From Pseudovirgaria hyperparasitica (taxonomy: Eukaryota), in the NCBI GenBank assembly GCA_010093815.1, contig ML996571.1: a stretch of 64,000 nt of DNA; one strand, 5' to 3'. The position numbers and the translations under genes are program-made. Shown here one piece after another: positions 12,693 to 23,518 of the stretch; positions within the stretch are counted from its first letter, which is position 1, and each line of letters starts with the position of its first letter. A model generated the notes under the pieces. That model saw nothing but the letters and a program-made list of their open reading frames with translations. It ran no database searches and was not told where the DNA came from.

Positions 12693-13784
12693 ATGACTTT
12701 CATTAATGTCGACCTACGCGCGGTTGCAACCAATCCTTACTACTTCCCATCGCTGCTCGCAACAAACGTATCCGAGCCGGCGATATCATTCCTATCTTTT
12801 GACCGTGTGTTCCAACAAAAGATATTTGGTCCTCAGGTCAGAGCTCACAAAATAGCTGATCTACCATGGGAGGCCTTCCACGAAGCCGGCATCTATAACA
12901 AAGAAAAACATTCTATGTATATAACCTCTAACTTCAACCAACGCACCCCTGAGGACAACATCAATATCACCATCGTCAGCCTCGATGACTATAGCATCAC
13001 ATCAACCCAATTTCCTAATCTTTGGGAAGCCAATGGCGGCTCAAGCTGGTATCCACCAGGCTCTGACACGAACAAGCCAGCGACCTACCAAGTCTACTGT
13101 GACGAGGGTGACTTGGAGCACTACTCCAGCCTAGTCTCTGTAAACCCAATCACTAATGAATCAACAATCATCCTTAACAACTACCTAGGACGCAACTTCT
13201 CATCCATCAATGATGTACGCCAGCACCCACACACCGGTGACCTTTGGTTTACCGACGCCGCATATGGCTACTTCCAGTTCTTTCGCCCCGTGTCCACGAT
13301 TCCGCAAATGGTCTACCGCTTTGCACCCGGAACAGGCGAATTGGTAGTCGTCGCAGACGGATTCGATCAACCGAATGGTCTGGAATTCAGCCCGGATTAT
13401 AAAACACTCTATGTGTCTGATACAGGTGCAAGGCACTATGACTCGAACAGCACGCGCCCAGCGACGATATATGCGTTCGATATCGACGACGCGAAGCGTT
13501 TGTCAAACAGGCGTACGTTCGCATATATTGATAAAGGATTTCCGGATGGCATTCATACGGACACGGCGGGCAATGTTTGGGCTGCGTGTGGTGATGGTGT
13601 GCATGTTTTTGATCCGGCTGGCAAGTTACTTGGTAAGGTATTCATTGGTGAGACAAGCAATAACTTTGCATTCTTACCGAATGGGTTGTTGGTGTTCAGC
13701 AACAGCCGTCTATGGCTCGTCGATGGACTGAATGTACTAGGTCGAGAAGTATGCAAGGACTTTGGGAAGGGGTGTGGGAAATGA
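12693..13784 (+). CDS. SMP-30/gluconolactonase family lactonase (lactonohydrolase-like)
   Basis: 363-aa ORF with FHEAG, INDV, WFTDA, PNGLEFSPD, LYVSDTG and GFPDGIHTD motifs. TATAAG about 155 bp upstream. Confidence 0.9.
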   Translation: MTFINVDLRAVATNPYYFPSLLATNVSEPAISFLSFDRVFQQKIFGPQVRAHKIADLPWEAFHEAGIYNKEKHSMYITSNFNQRTPEDNINITIVSLDDYSITSTQFPNLWEANGGSSWYPPGSDTNKPATYQVYCDEGDLEHYSSLVSVNPITNESTIILNNYLGRNFSSINDVRQHPHTGDLWFTDAAYGYFQFFRPVSTIPQMVYRFAPGTGELVVVADGFDQPNGLEFSPDYKTLYVSDTGARHYDSNSTRPATIYAFDIDDAKRLSNRRTFAYIDKGFPDGIHTDTAGNVWAACGDGVHVFDPAGKLLGKVFIGETSNNFAFLPNGLLVFSNSRLWLVDGLNVLGREVCKDFGKGCGK

Positions 13785-14476
13785 CTAGGCCAAGACGACG
13801 AAGAGACCGCTCACGATGAGCTCTGAAAGTACCTTTATGGAAGACATGACTATACAAGACTAGATATATAGTATGCATGGTTCAGCGCCAGTTGAGTCCA
13901 TAGACCGCTCTCCGTACACACACAAAATACTCAACAACCACGATCGTCTCTTTCTGGCCTAGCTCGCATCCATAATCTCAGATATCAGTTCAGATGGATT
14001 TATCGCGGGGTCGCCGCGTGACCACCTGGTATAAAGCTCCATGGATGTGATCTGGATCTGAACCCCTTCACTAGTTAAACCTGTCGCGCTACTCCTAAAC
14101 TATGAAGGAGTGAACTTGAATCATTCCACTTACTACATGCAGCCATGAACACGTAGTGGTCTGATCAAAACTGGGTGTTGGCAATCAACCCCGCAGTAAT
14201 ACTTCGGTAATACAGCTCTCCGCTGCCAAACAGAGAATAAGCTCAATGTTGGTGGTCGATCAATGGCCATTTGTAGATTCCCGTTGTGTCTTGACGCTTG
14301 CTTAACAAATGGTGCGTCGTTAGTATAAGGCTTGTGTGAGGAGCGCTCTCCGGGCAGGCGAAATTCATCGATATGAAGCATCGTGGGTGTTTAATGCTCG
14401 AACCAGCCTCAGTAATTACGCAATAGCCACAGATAAGGTGGAATTGAGCAACATCACTATCCAAGATCAACACGAG

Positions 14477-15166
14477 ATGACCATTACGCTTTACTTCCTT
14501 CGATCCCCCCGTGCAATTCGTACCGCCTAGCTTCTCGAAGAACTCGGTCTCTCCAATTTGATCGGGAGGCCAATGGTGATACACCGACTGCGTTTCGCAA
14601 GAGCGTTCCTGCTGGTCGTACACCGGCGTTGAAGGATCGTGAGATGATTATCGTTGAGAGTGCACCGATTGCTGAGCATGCGACCTGATTCCACCTTCTT
14701 CATATGGTGCTGGATCAAGACTGCTGGCATGGCAACAGATATCTCGTCGAAACATACGAAAAATCAACTCGTCTCCTCCCCTCCGATCGTGCCCACCGTG
14801 TCAACGTACGTGTGTGGGTGAGTGCAGCCGAAGGCACATTCCTCGTACACGCGCTTGCGATTCTGTACGGTAGTGGGGCGGCGCCTGATGCCGCAGATAC
14901 GCTTCAGGCAGGCCTTGCGGGGGTAAGTACACCGTGACTTTTATTGGTTGGAGAGGGAGCTGAAGGCAGGCAACGCAAATTTCCTCGTTGACGATGGTAT
15001 GAAGATCGCAGATACGATGATAGAGTTCAGTGTTGTTTTTATCTTAAAGATGGGCTTCGGCACAAAAGGAAGGAGTTGGCCGGCAGTGGAAAAGTGGTTG
15101 GCGAATGTTCAGAACCAGGAATTATACAAGAAGGCAGTCTAGAAGACTGGTTATATACTTGCGTAA
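14477..15166 (+). pseudogene. Glutathione S-transferase (GTT1-like) pseudogene
   Basis: MTITLYFLRSPRAIRTA*LLEELGL, frameshift, then FDREANG..VPAGRTPALKDREMIIVESAPIAE, an intron (~14676-14738, GC donor), YLVETY..WVSAAEGTFLVH, a second frameshift, and WLERELK..FLVDDGMKIADTM..WPAVEKWLANVQNQELYKKAV*KTGYILA*. In-frame TAG stops at 14528-14530 and 15140-15142. Confidence 0.85.
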
Positions 15167-16227
15167 ACACAATTCGTGGAAGGGAACGTGCGGTGATATC
15201 TTTGCGAGTCGTTCTGGTACACAGTCTCGGTTGAGGACCTTGCAGTCATTTCTGAGGCTATAGAATTTCAAACGAATGGTTCTATTCCTTTTTCATCTGC
15301 TCTGTTCCGTGATAACCTCGACACTGTGACGTGAAAGATCGGTCACCTTGCTCGGGACGCGGAGCGTTGCCAGATTGACCTTTCCGACCAGTGCCGCTGC
15401 GCTTTGCTGGTGCCCTCAATAGACATAGCCTAGATCATTAGACACAAAATAACCTAGCTACGAGTTGTGCTTGTTCATCAACCCAGCACGGTATGTATCC
15501 ATAGCATTGAGCTGTGATAACTGAAGCAGGTAAAGCAGTCTCGGCATCACTAAGCATGCGCAGGCCGGAGCCCCAGAATACTTATAAGTCTAAGACTTGG
15601 AGCTAGGTATCTTAAGCTTAATGACAACTGGCAGCCGTCAATTTCGTGAGTCCTTGAGTTGAGGAGAAGAGGAGTGCTTGGAGCATTGGCTACGCATTCA
15701 AAGTGTTGAACTATGTGATATAGTCGTGCATTGGCTCCTTCACCGCTGAGAGGGGACGATTCGCTGCCTCGATTTCCACGGTTTGTCGAAACGTACTAGC
15801 GAATCATTTCTCAACGATGTACCCTGTACTAGTATCTATGACCCCATCTTTTGTGACTAAGGATGAGGGCAGTGATCTCGTCGTCTAGAGGCGCAGTGGA
15901 ACATCCAGAATGAGCAACCTTATACATACCTTTGATCAGGGTGAGTGTCTCGAGGTATCGGGAAGACGTAAAGACGCGACGTAGTGGAGGTGGAAGCAGA
16001 TCAGTTTTGTCACAAGTTTCGAGCTGCATATTTATTATAGTAAGGTTATGAAAATCAACCGCAGTCCTAGAGTATGGCAAACAACATTATTAAGGAACGA
16101 CTACGAGTACTACATACTCCAAGAATGCCTAGTCTGCATCAAATGGCCCAAGGGAACTCGTATATGCCCATAGAATCATAATCCTTAGTACATCCCTCAT
16201 TTGAGCTTTGTGTATGTCAAAGACACT

Positions 16228-16659
16228 TCAAGCACCACATGAAAATGTGTTTCCACCACAGTTCGTCTCTCCAACCGCCCTAAGATAGCAAATGACTGGC
16301 GTCCAAGCACGCGCATTTGTTGCAATACCTATTTTTGTCACCGTGTCAAACGGTACATTGGCCGCTGGAGCCCCAGATGGATCAAATGGATTCGATGCAG
16401 TGAAGGATCGGCATTCAACAGCCGTGGTGTTGAGCTGATTGGTACCAGAGTCGGGCACAATTGTAAGTGCGGATACGACCGTGTCTGGTGAGTCGCATAG
16501 CTTGTTGATCTCGCATTCAACGATAGCGTCCGGGCGGGTGTTATGGATGTCGGATTGAGTTGCGTTGATTTTGACCGTAAAAGTGGGAGATTGGCGGGGC
16601 ACGAGCGCCAGAGTGGAGGTTACAAAGAGAGCGGCGGAAAGGATGTATGAGTATTGCAT
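16228..16659 (-). CDS. Small secreted cysteine-containing protein (143 aa, 6 Cys), effector-like
   Basis: Signal peptide MQYSYILSAALFVTSTLA followed by a short propeptide-like LVPR|Q. Six Cys, intronless. TATAAA at ~16782-16787 on the minus strand. Confidence 0.8.
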   Translation of the reverse strand: MQYSYILSAALFVTSTLALVPRQSPTFTVKINATQSDIHNTRPDAIVECEINKLCDSPDTVVSALTIVPDSGTNQLNTTAVECRSFTASNPFDPSGAPAANVPFDTVTKIGIATNARAWTPVICYLRAVGETNCGGNTFSCGA

Positions 16660-18653
16660 ATTTGTGGTCGTTTGGTGCGCAGAGATTGTTTGAGTTGCGT
16701 TGTGAAAACTGTCGTACTTGTGTGATTCTTGTGTATGGATGCTTGATGATTGACTGATGCTGAAGCGAGGAGATTGCATTCTTTATATGCGGCTCGCACG
16801 ATCTTTGTTTCAAATCTTCATGCGCGATAAGTGCTACCGTGCCTTTGCGTAATGTAACATTCCATGAGGTGCGCTGTACAACATGATCCTTCCAAGGAAA
16901 CGCGTATAGGGAGGACCGTAGTCAGTTGATGGCTGATGACATCATTCGTCAGATTTGATGAACAGAAAAACGCTTGGTAAGTGGTGGAAGTCGGGCGCTT
17001 TTCCTATACAAGTATGCGGTTAGTTTCGCTAAGATGCCGATGTGGTAGCAAAACTATAGGAAGGATTATATTTGCTGCAGATCGTCTTGCCAGCCTTGCC
17101 GACCAGGGTAGTAACAGAGCTTCGCCACGAGCTCAGTTCACGTGCATGCAAAAATAAGCCTTTCTCGTCATCAGTAGCGCCTTAAGCAAACTTCATTAAC
17201 CCTAATTGTCTGACCTTGTGCAAGCCGAAGGAGTATTGGGTGGCCTGGAATACGGCTGTCTTCGAGAGCGCGTCACAGGAGCAGAGAGCAGATTCATTAT
17301 ATGCTATCTTTAGCATTCTCATGTCATTAAAAAACCGTCTGTTTTGAATGATCTTCGCTTTTCATCCGGTATTGCTCTCCTAATGAGCTAGTAGACTGTG
17401 CGAAATGCTCCGAGAACAGGCTATACGCAGGCCCTGGAGTCGTCAAGTGCACCTGTCAGCATTTACTGGCGCCATAGATAATGCCATCTCCGCCTTGAGT
17501 TCTGGATATAAGGTAAGCCACCGAATGATTGACAAGCCTTATTTATAGCAGCGAACGGGCTAGAATACCTTGGCGGCCTCGTCAGTGAAAAGCTTTCCGT
17601 ATCAATGCAGAAAGGCTTGCCCCAATCACGACATGAGAATTAATACTATGTTCTCATAAACGTGAACAGCTTATTTTTCCAACTGCGGCATATTATCATG
17701 TACTGATTGCGATATGCACTTAGACTGACCATGCATTTTCGTATCAGCGATCCTATGGACGCTCGACATGATATACGGAACCTGTGTTTGAAACACTTAG
17801 CAAAGCTTGTCCTACACATATGTTTGACGGTCAAGATCATGACAGCAAAGCAGGCGGGCCTAGATGGTATCAGATAAGGCGGCATGCAAGGATGGTGTGG
17901 AACCGTATTTTGAACAAAAAACAGTTTTTGCTGTGAGTAATAAGCCTGTTGTATGGGTCGGAAACTTTCGTAGAATCAATTTAACATGACAAGATTGATC
18001 GACGAAAGTATCGAATCTACTTAAGGTAGCTACCTTCCAAGTAATACATGAAGAACTTAATAAGCCCTGAATAATGTGTCTGACGTAATGAAAAGCGATT
18101 CCACGGAGCGCGACCTATGGTGAGAAAGCCTAATTATCTCCGTCCCGTGTCCAGCGGTTTTAGAGTTAACAACGAACTTTCTTATATACATAAAAAACTT
18201 CTCTATCGAGCAATATTTTCGATTTGGACTACCAAAAGTCTTGACTTTATCTACCGAGTACCTACATTCGTACATCCGCCGTTCACCACCAGTTCTCATT
18301 AGTCTAATGCAATAACTTCCACCTAATGCGAATGCGCCTTCTCCTTCTGTCTGAGAACTTGAGAAGCCTAGTTCGGCCCACTATAGCCATATTTTCAGCA
18401 CCAGAAACACATAGAATTCTTGCATCGCAGCACCTGTAACGTGAAGCTTAACAGCTTGAGGTCATGCTAATAATAGCAATGATCATCACGAAGTTGCGGA
18501 TACGGAAAGTTGGCACCGGTCATCCAACGCGATGCGACGCTAAATGGCTAATTAGTTCTAGGGTAGTCAACGCTTGGCCAATAATCCATACTCAACTTCC
18601 ACGTTCCTACGCGACTTTGGACTCGACAATCAGCCTTGGGATGATCGATAGCC

Positions 18654-20494
18654 ATGGCTGACGCGCAACCTTCAAATCTCGAGCGCTCCGCCTCCCCCAT
18701 CAGCGACGAGAAATACATGGCTAAAGACACCGCTATCAACTCGCGAAAGTCTTCTGTTGTGTTGAACGAACAACACGATGCGCCAGCCGAGGAAGGAGTC
18801 AACAATGAGCCAGAGGTCGGCGTTTTCAAGTTCTCGGCGGTCCTTGCTTCAGTAATCCTCGTTTCGTTCCTGATGTTGCTCGATGTGTCAATAGTTTCTA
18901 CTGTGAGTTTCAAGGGGGTTTCGAGCTGAGTCACAAGCAAGCTGACTTCTAGTGTAGGCAATCCCCAGAATTACAGATGAGTTTCAGTCGCTGAACGATG
19001 TGGGCTGGTAATGTGCTGCATATCAACTCGCCAGGTATGCACCACTGATTTGGGAATAGGATTCAATTGACGTGATAATAGTGGTGCCCTGCAGCCGTTG
19101 ACAGGAAAGATCTATCAGTATTTTCACCTCAAGGTAGGTCAAACCGTCCTGCCCAATCTATCTACTGAAATCAAAAGTGGACGTACCTATTCTGCTTCGG
19201 AGTCTTCGAACTTGGCTCCATGCTCTGTGCCCTGGCTGAATCATCTCCTATGCTCATCGTCGGTCGTGCGATAGCAGGCATGGGTGGTGCAGGCCTCCAG
19301 AACGGTGGTCTCACAATAATCTCGAACTGTGTACCGTTGCAGAAACGACCTCTTTATCTGGGCATGATGATGGGCATATCGCAACTTGGTATCGTGACTG
19401 GTCCTTTGATCGGCGGGGCTTTTACGTCCTACACAACATGGCGATGGTGTTTCTGGATCAATCTCCCAATTGGCGCTGTTGTTGCAGCCCTCTTACTATT
19501 CGTACAAGTCCCGGATCCCATAGCCAAGGACAAGTTTTCGCATACTATTCGTACAGTCTGGCCCAACCTGGATCTCGTTGGTTTCATAATATTCGTGCCC
19601 TTTGCCATTATGGTGCTTCTGGGACTAGACTATGGTGGCATAGATTATCCATGGAATTCAGCAACTGTCATTGGCCTGCTCGTTGGTGGTGGTGTATGCC
19701 TTCTTATTTTCATTGCTTGGGAACATCGAGTTGGAGACGGGGCTATGATACCAATCTCTATGCTCAAGAAGCGCATTGTATGGACCTCTTGCCTTAACAT
19801 GCTCTTCCTGGGAAGCTCCAACTTTGTCGCATCATACTACCTGCCGCTCTACTTCCAATCCGTAAAAGGGACTTCGCCCGTACAGAGTGGTATCAATGTC
19901 CTGCCGAACATCATCAGCTCTATCGTTTCGAGTGTCCTCAGTGGTGCGTTGATTGGAGTTGTCGGCTACTACCTCCCTTTTGCTGTCGCGAGTGGCGCCC
20001 TGATATCAGTTGGCGCCGGCATGTTGTCTGCCCTTTCGCCGTCGTCACCCTCATCCTTCTGGATTGGGGCACAAATACCACTGGGATTTGGTAGGGGCAT
20101 AGGAACTCAAGTACCCATGGTGGCAATGCAGAATTTACTGCCACCGAAAGACCTTCCTGTCTCTATGGCAATGCTTATCTTTAGCATGACATTTGGATCT
20201 GCGATCTGGCTGACCGTTGCCAACACTATATTTACGAACGGATTGTCGTCGCAAATAACCAAACGCGTTCAAGGTCTCGATCCTGCAGTTGTTATTGGCG
20301 CTGGGGCAACAAACATCCGTCAGGTTCTATCATCCGACCAATTGCCAGGAGTCATTCAGTCGTACACAGATGCGATCAATGATGTTTGGTATCTGGTAGT
20401 TGCGTTTGGTGCTTTGTGCTTCCTGACAGCGTGGGGATTGGGATGGAAGGATGTAAGGCAAAAGAAAAAAGCTGCAAAAGCAGAGCAAGCATGA
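18654..20494 (+). pseudogene. MFS DHA2 (14-TM) drug/toxin efflux pump with premature stop in exon 2 (pseudogene, rescued allele or sequence error)
   Basis: Introns at 18903-18957, 19035-19081 and 19134-19177. Motifs FLMLLDVSIVSTAIPRITDEF, GRAIAGMGGAG, GPLIGGAFT, WRWCFWINLPIG and YYLPLYFQSVKG. Exon 2 reads DVGW*CAAYQLA, with TAA at 19009-19011 where this family has Y. Confidence 0.75.
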
Positions 20495-23400
20495 TACTTA
20501 GATCGGTGGAAGTAGAACAAAGATTGTATATAGATTTATAATGCTTAATTCAATATAAGAAACTTGACTCTACGATATGTTCACCCACTTTGCCCTCTCG
20601 TGCTTGAGTCGTAAATTGAATCTTCATAAATTTTACCCAAATTATGGGACTTTATAGAGGCATAGATGATTAGGAGTTCGATCAAACTCAATTCCCTCAC
20701 CAAGACCTAGAATTGTAGCTGAAATTACCATAAAGCTCAGCAACGCATTCTGTTTTAGTTGTAGCCGCAATACAAGTATTAGTTCGAGACTCGTATTTTC
20801 TCCACACAAATTTAAGCTACTGTTTAAGCCCCAAATACCCCATGGTCGTCATGTTTGCGAAGACTCGTGAACTATCTGTGACCACATATCAATGCTTGAC
20901 CTGTTACAATACTAAACAGACTTTGTTACTTCCATAAAAATGCTAGTGTCTCTTTGACGTAGATATCGAAACTGATCCATGGCTCCGATCACCATCACAG
21001 AGTCCCATCACTAAGATGAAGCTCCACTCTATGAGTACATTGTATCTCACGGAGAAATCCAGGCTGTAAAATCTTTTCTATCTATCAAAGATAAGTCTTT
21101 TTTCAACGATCATGGAGCAAAGCCAATATGAGAACTCAACACCTGATTTCACTAGATTACAGCCCGCACTGCGATTAATGTATAATGGTCTATATTCCAA
21201 CCTGACTATCAATATATGCCAGCTTTCATGCTTTCCTCTTTCGATTCCAAATAGTCATCTTAAACAATGGGAAACTTGTAGACATAATTCGAGAAGATGT
21301 AAGTGTTCTGTTCATTGGCACAGAATATACAATGTCTCAATGGCTACCGTACTTATATAGAACCTGATTGAAGACGGCAGCAACGTGGATAGGTCATTAT
21401 TATATCTTGTCATAAAAAACGGAGATCTTGTCCAGAACATTGAATGGTCGTGTAACCATGAACAACTCATGGTGAATCTTTTACACACAAGGTCATGATG
21501 TCATTGAATGTGTCACGGTACAGCTCAACCGTGATTTTCACAGTCCGAGCTACCCGGCATCTGGCCTCTTGTCTTGAGAATCTTGAGATAAGAGCACCTT
21601 CTCTGACGGTTGACTCTAGTAGCATGCGATCCCTGTCACTCAAGAGAGACGAGACTAGAGCTCTGTTATGCACTGTGAGGGTAAATCTATATCGAGAGTA
21701 ATCAACCTCGAGCAGGTGATACATGCTTGCCTTTCTCTCTTGGCCAACCCACATCATACCCACAGATGCCTAATCCCTTCTCCAACACCAAGATGTTCTG
21801 CTCTATCTTCGCCGAAATAATGTTACCCGAAAGTAGACTTCGATGATGATTGCAACCATCATCTTTTGATAGTGCCTGCCATCACCGCGAATATTTCACA
21901 TCGCCTTAATGACCAGATCAGGGTGCAAAGAACATCGTCCTCCAGTCAGTGGCTTTGAGTCCATAAAGACGTTATAGCAGCCGCAGCTTCGTCGGGATGC
22001 GGAAGACCCACAGTATCATTTGATGCTTTGTTTGCAACACAAGAGGAGACACCTGTTGATTTGGAGATGAGAAGAAATGCTGTAGACGATGGTATATATG
22101 TCCAAATCAGGGGCCACCAATCAGGTGGAACTGCTGGGTACGTTGCAGCTACTCATTCACCCCATGCTTACCGCCAAAAGCGTCAATCATCTACAGTAGC
22201 TATGCTCTTGTGACTCCAGTGTTTCAGTGGCTTACCCGGCATTCTCAATACCTTCAGCTTCTACAAATATATATTTAGCTAATCGTCCTACTGTTCATCC
22301 ACTGCAGATGATGCGTCAACATCACATCTACGGCCATCTAAGCCCACAATGTGTCCGTATCATCGCCATTCTGGAACTAAATGTGTGCTTTTCGCCTCGA
22401 GCACATTGGATGGTCAATGTGCCACTTCCTGGTCAGTGTGAGTGTTAGGCACTCGAATCAGCATTGATGACGTTCTTCATCGGCGTCTTGATTATGGTGT
22501 GCATCTCGGCACAAAGCTAGTTTCTTTCATCACTATGTAATGATAATGGAGGCCTCTGTCGCTGTGTGCAAGTCGTGAAGGGAAGACATATTCGGGAATG
22601 ATATAGCTGTGTCCGCAGACATATCTCCTGGCGCTGGTGCGGCGAATCGAGGATATCAAATTTTGCATGGAAAACGGAGGCGTTCGAGGCTTGTCTCTGT
22701 TGACTCTCAGGCTTAGTGTGCTGCTGGGTGATGGTAGTTATGTGTGTCAGGTAGCCACATGTTTCTGCCAAGTGTTTCATATTCACAGAATGCCATGCCT
22801 GTCAATGATCAAACGGCATACCTGGCACACATACTAGCTTCATATCAAAGTATTTATTCATCTCACAGTTTCGCTCTTGTCAGACTCTCGATCTATCTCG
22901 AACCGCGGAGCCCGGTCCTATACCACCAAAACTTCAATTCGATCGTATGACTCCCCTTGCGTATGGCTTGCAAGCTTGTACGCAGGTTCGATAGTAATGC
23001 TCCGGTCATCACGCCTAAGTGCACTCTGCAGTGATTATCAGTATTGAGTGACGGTGATGAAGATCATCACTCGAGCTCATGCGATGCAGGCAGTATGATA
23101 TTTCTCACGTGCGAATTCGCATAGGGGACAGCGACGATATCGTTGGCAGATCTTACGAATTTTGCCATGCCAATTCTTCTTCGTTTGTTGTATCCAGATG
23201 GCGGCAGTTTGCGGTGGCATTCTTCAAGGATGTAACTGGGATAGGTATGTCGAGATATGTATATATGAGACGGGCGGAACATAAGCTAGGAAAACTTGGT
23301 GACGAGTTGACGAGTCTCTCTGAAAGAGCGATCGGTGTCTGTGAAGGGCAGCAGATCGTCGTTGTGGTAGACAGTATCTCTAGACCACAAGATTCCCAGC

Positions 23401-23518
23401 CTACCGTAAGATCACATCCTGAGAAACTTACGCATAATCCTTTCGGCTTCCGATTGGAGTGGCTCGGTGTATGGTAAACAAGCTTCATTGACTTCGGGGT
23501 ATATAGCGATCTAAATAG

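Noticed and set aside
17197..17205. TAACCCTAA as a telomerase RNA template or telomeric relic
   Set aside because: A single 9-mer is expected about 0.5 times by chance in 128 kb of both strands, and I recognised no supporting TER structure.
20900..23490. Scattered 60-130 aa ORFs, possible gene relic
   Set aside because: No coherent exon structure or recognisable domain.
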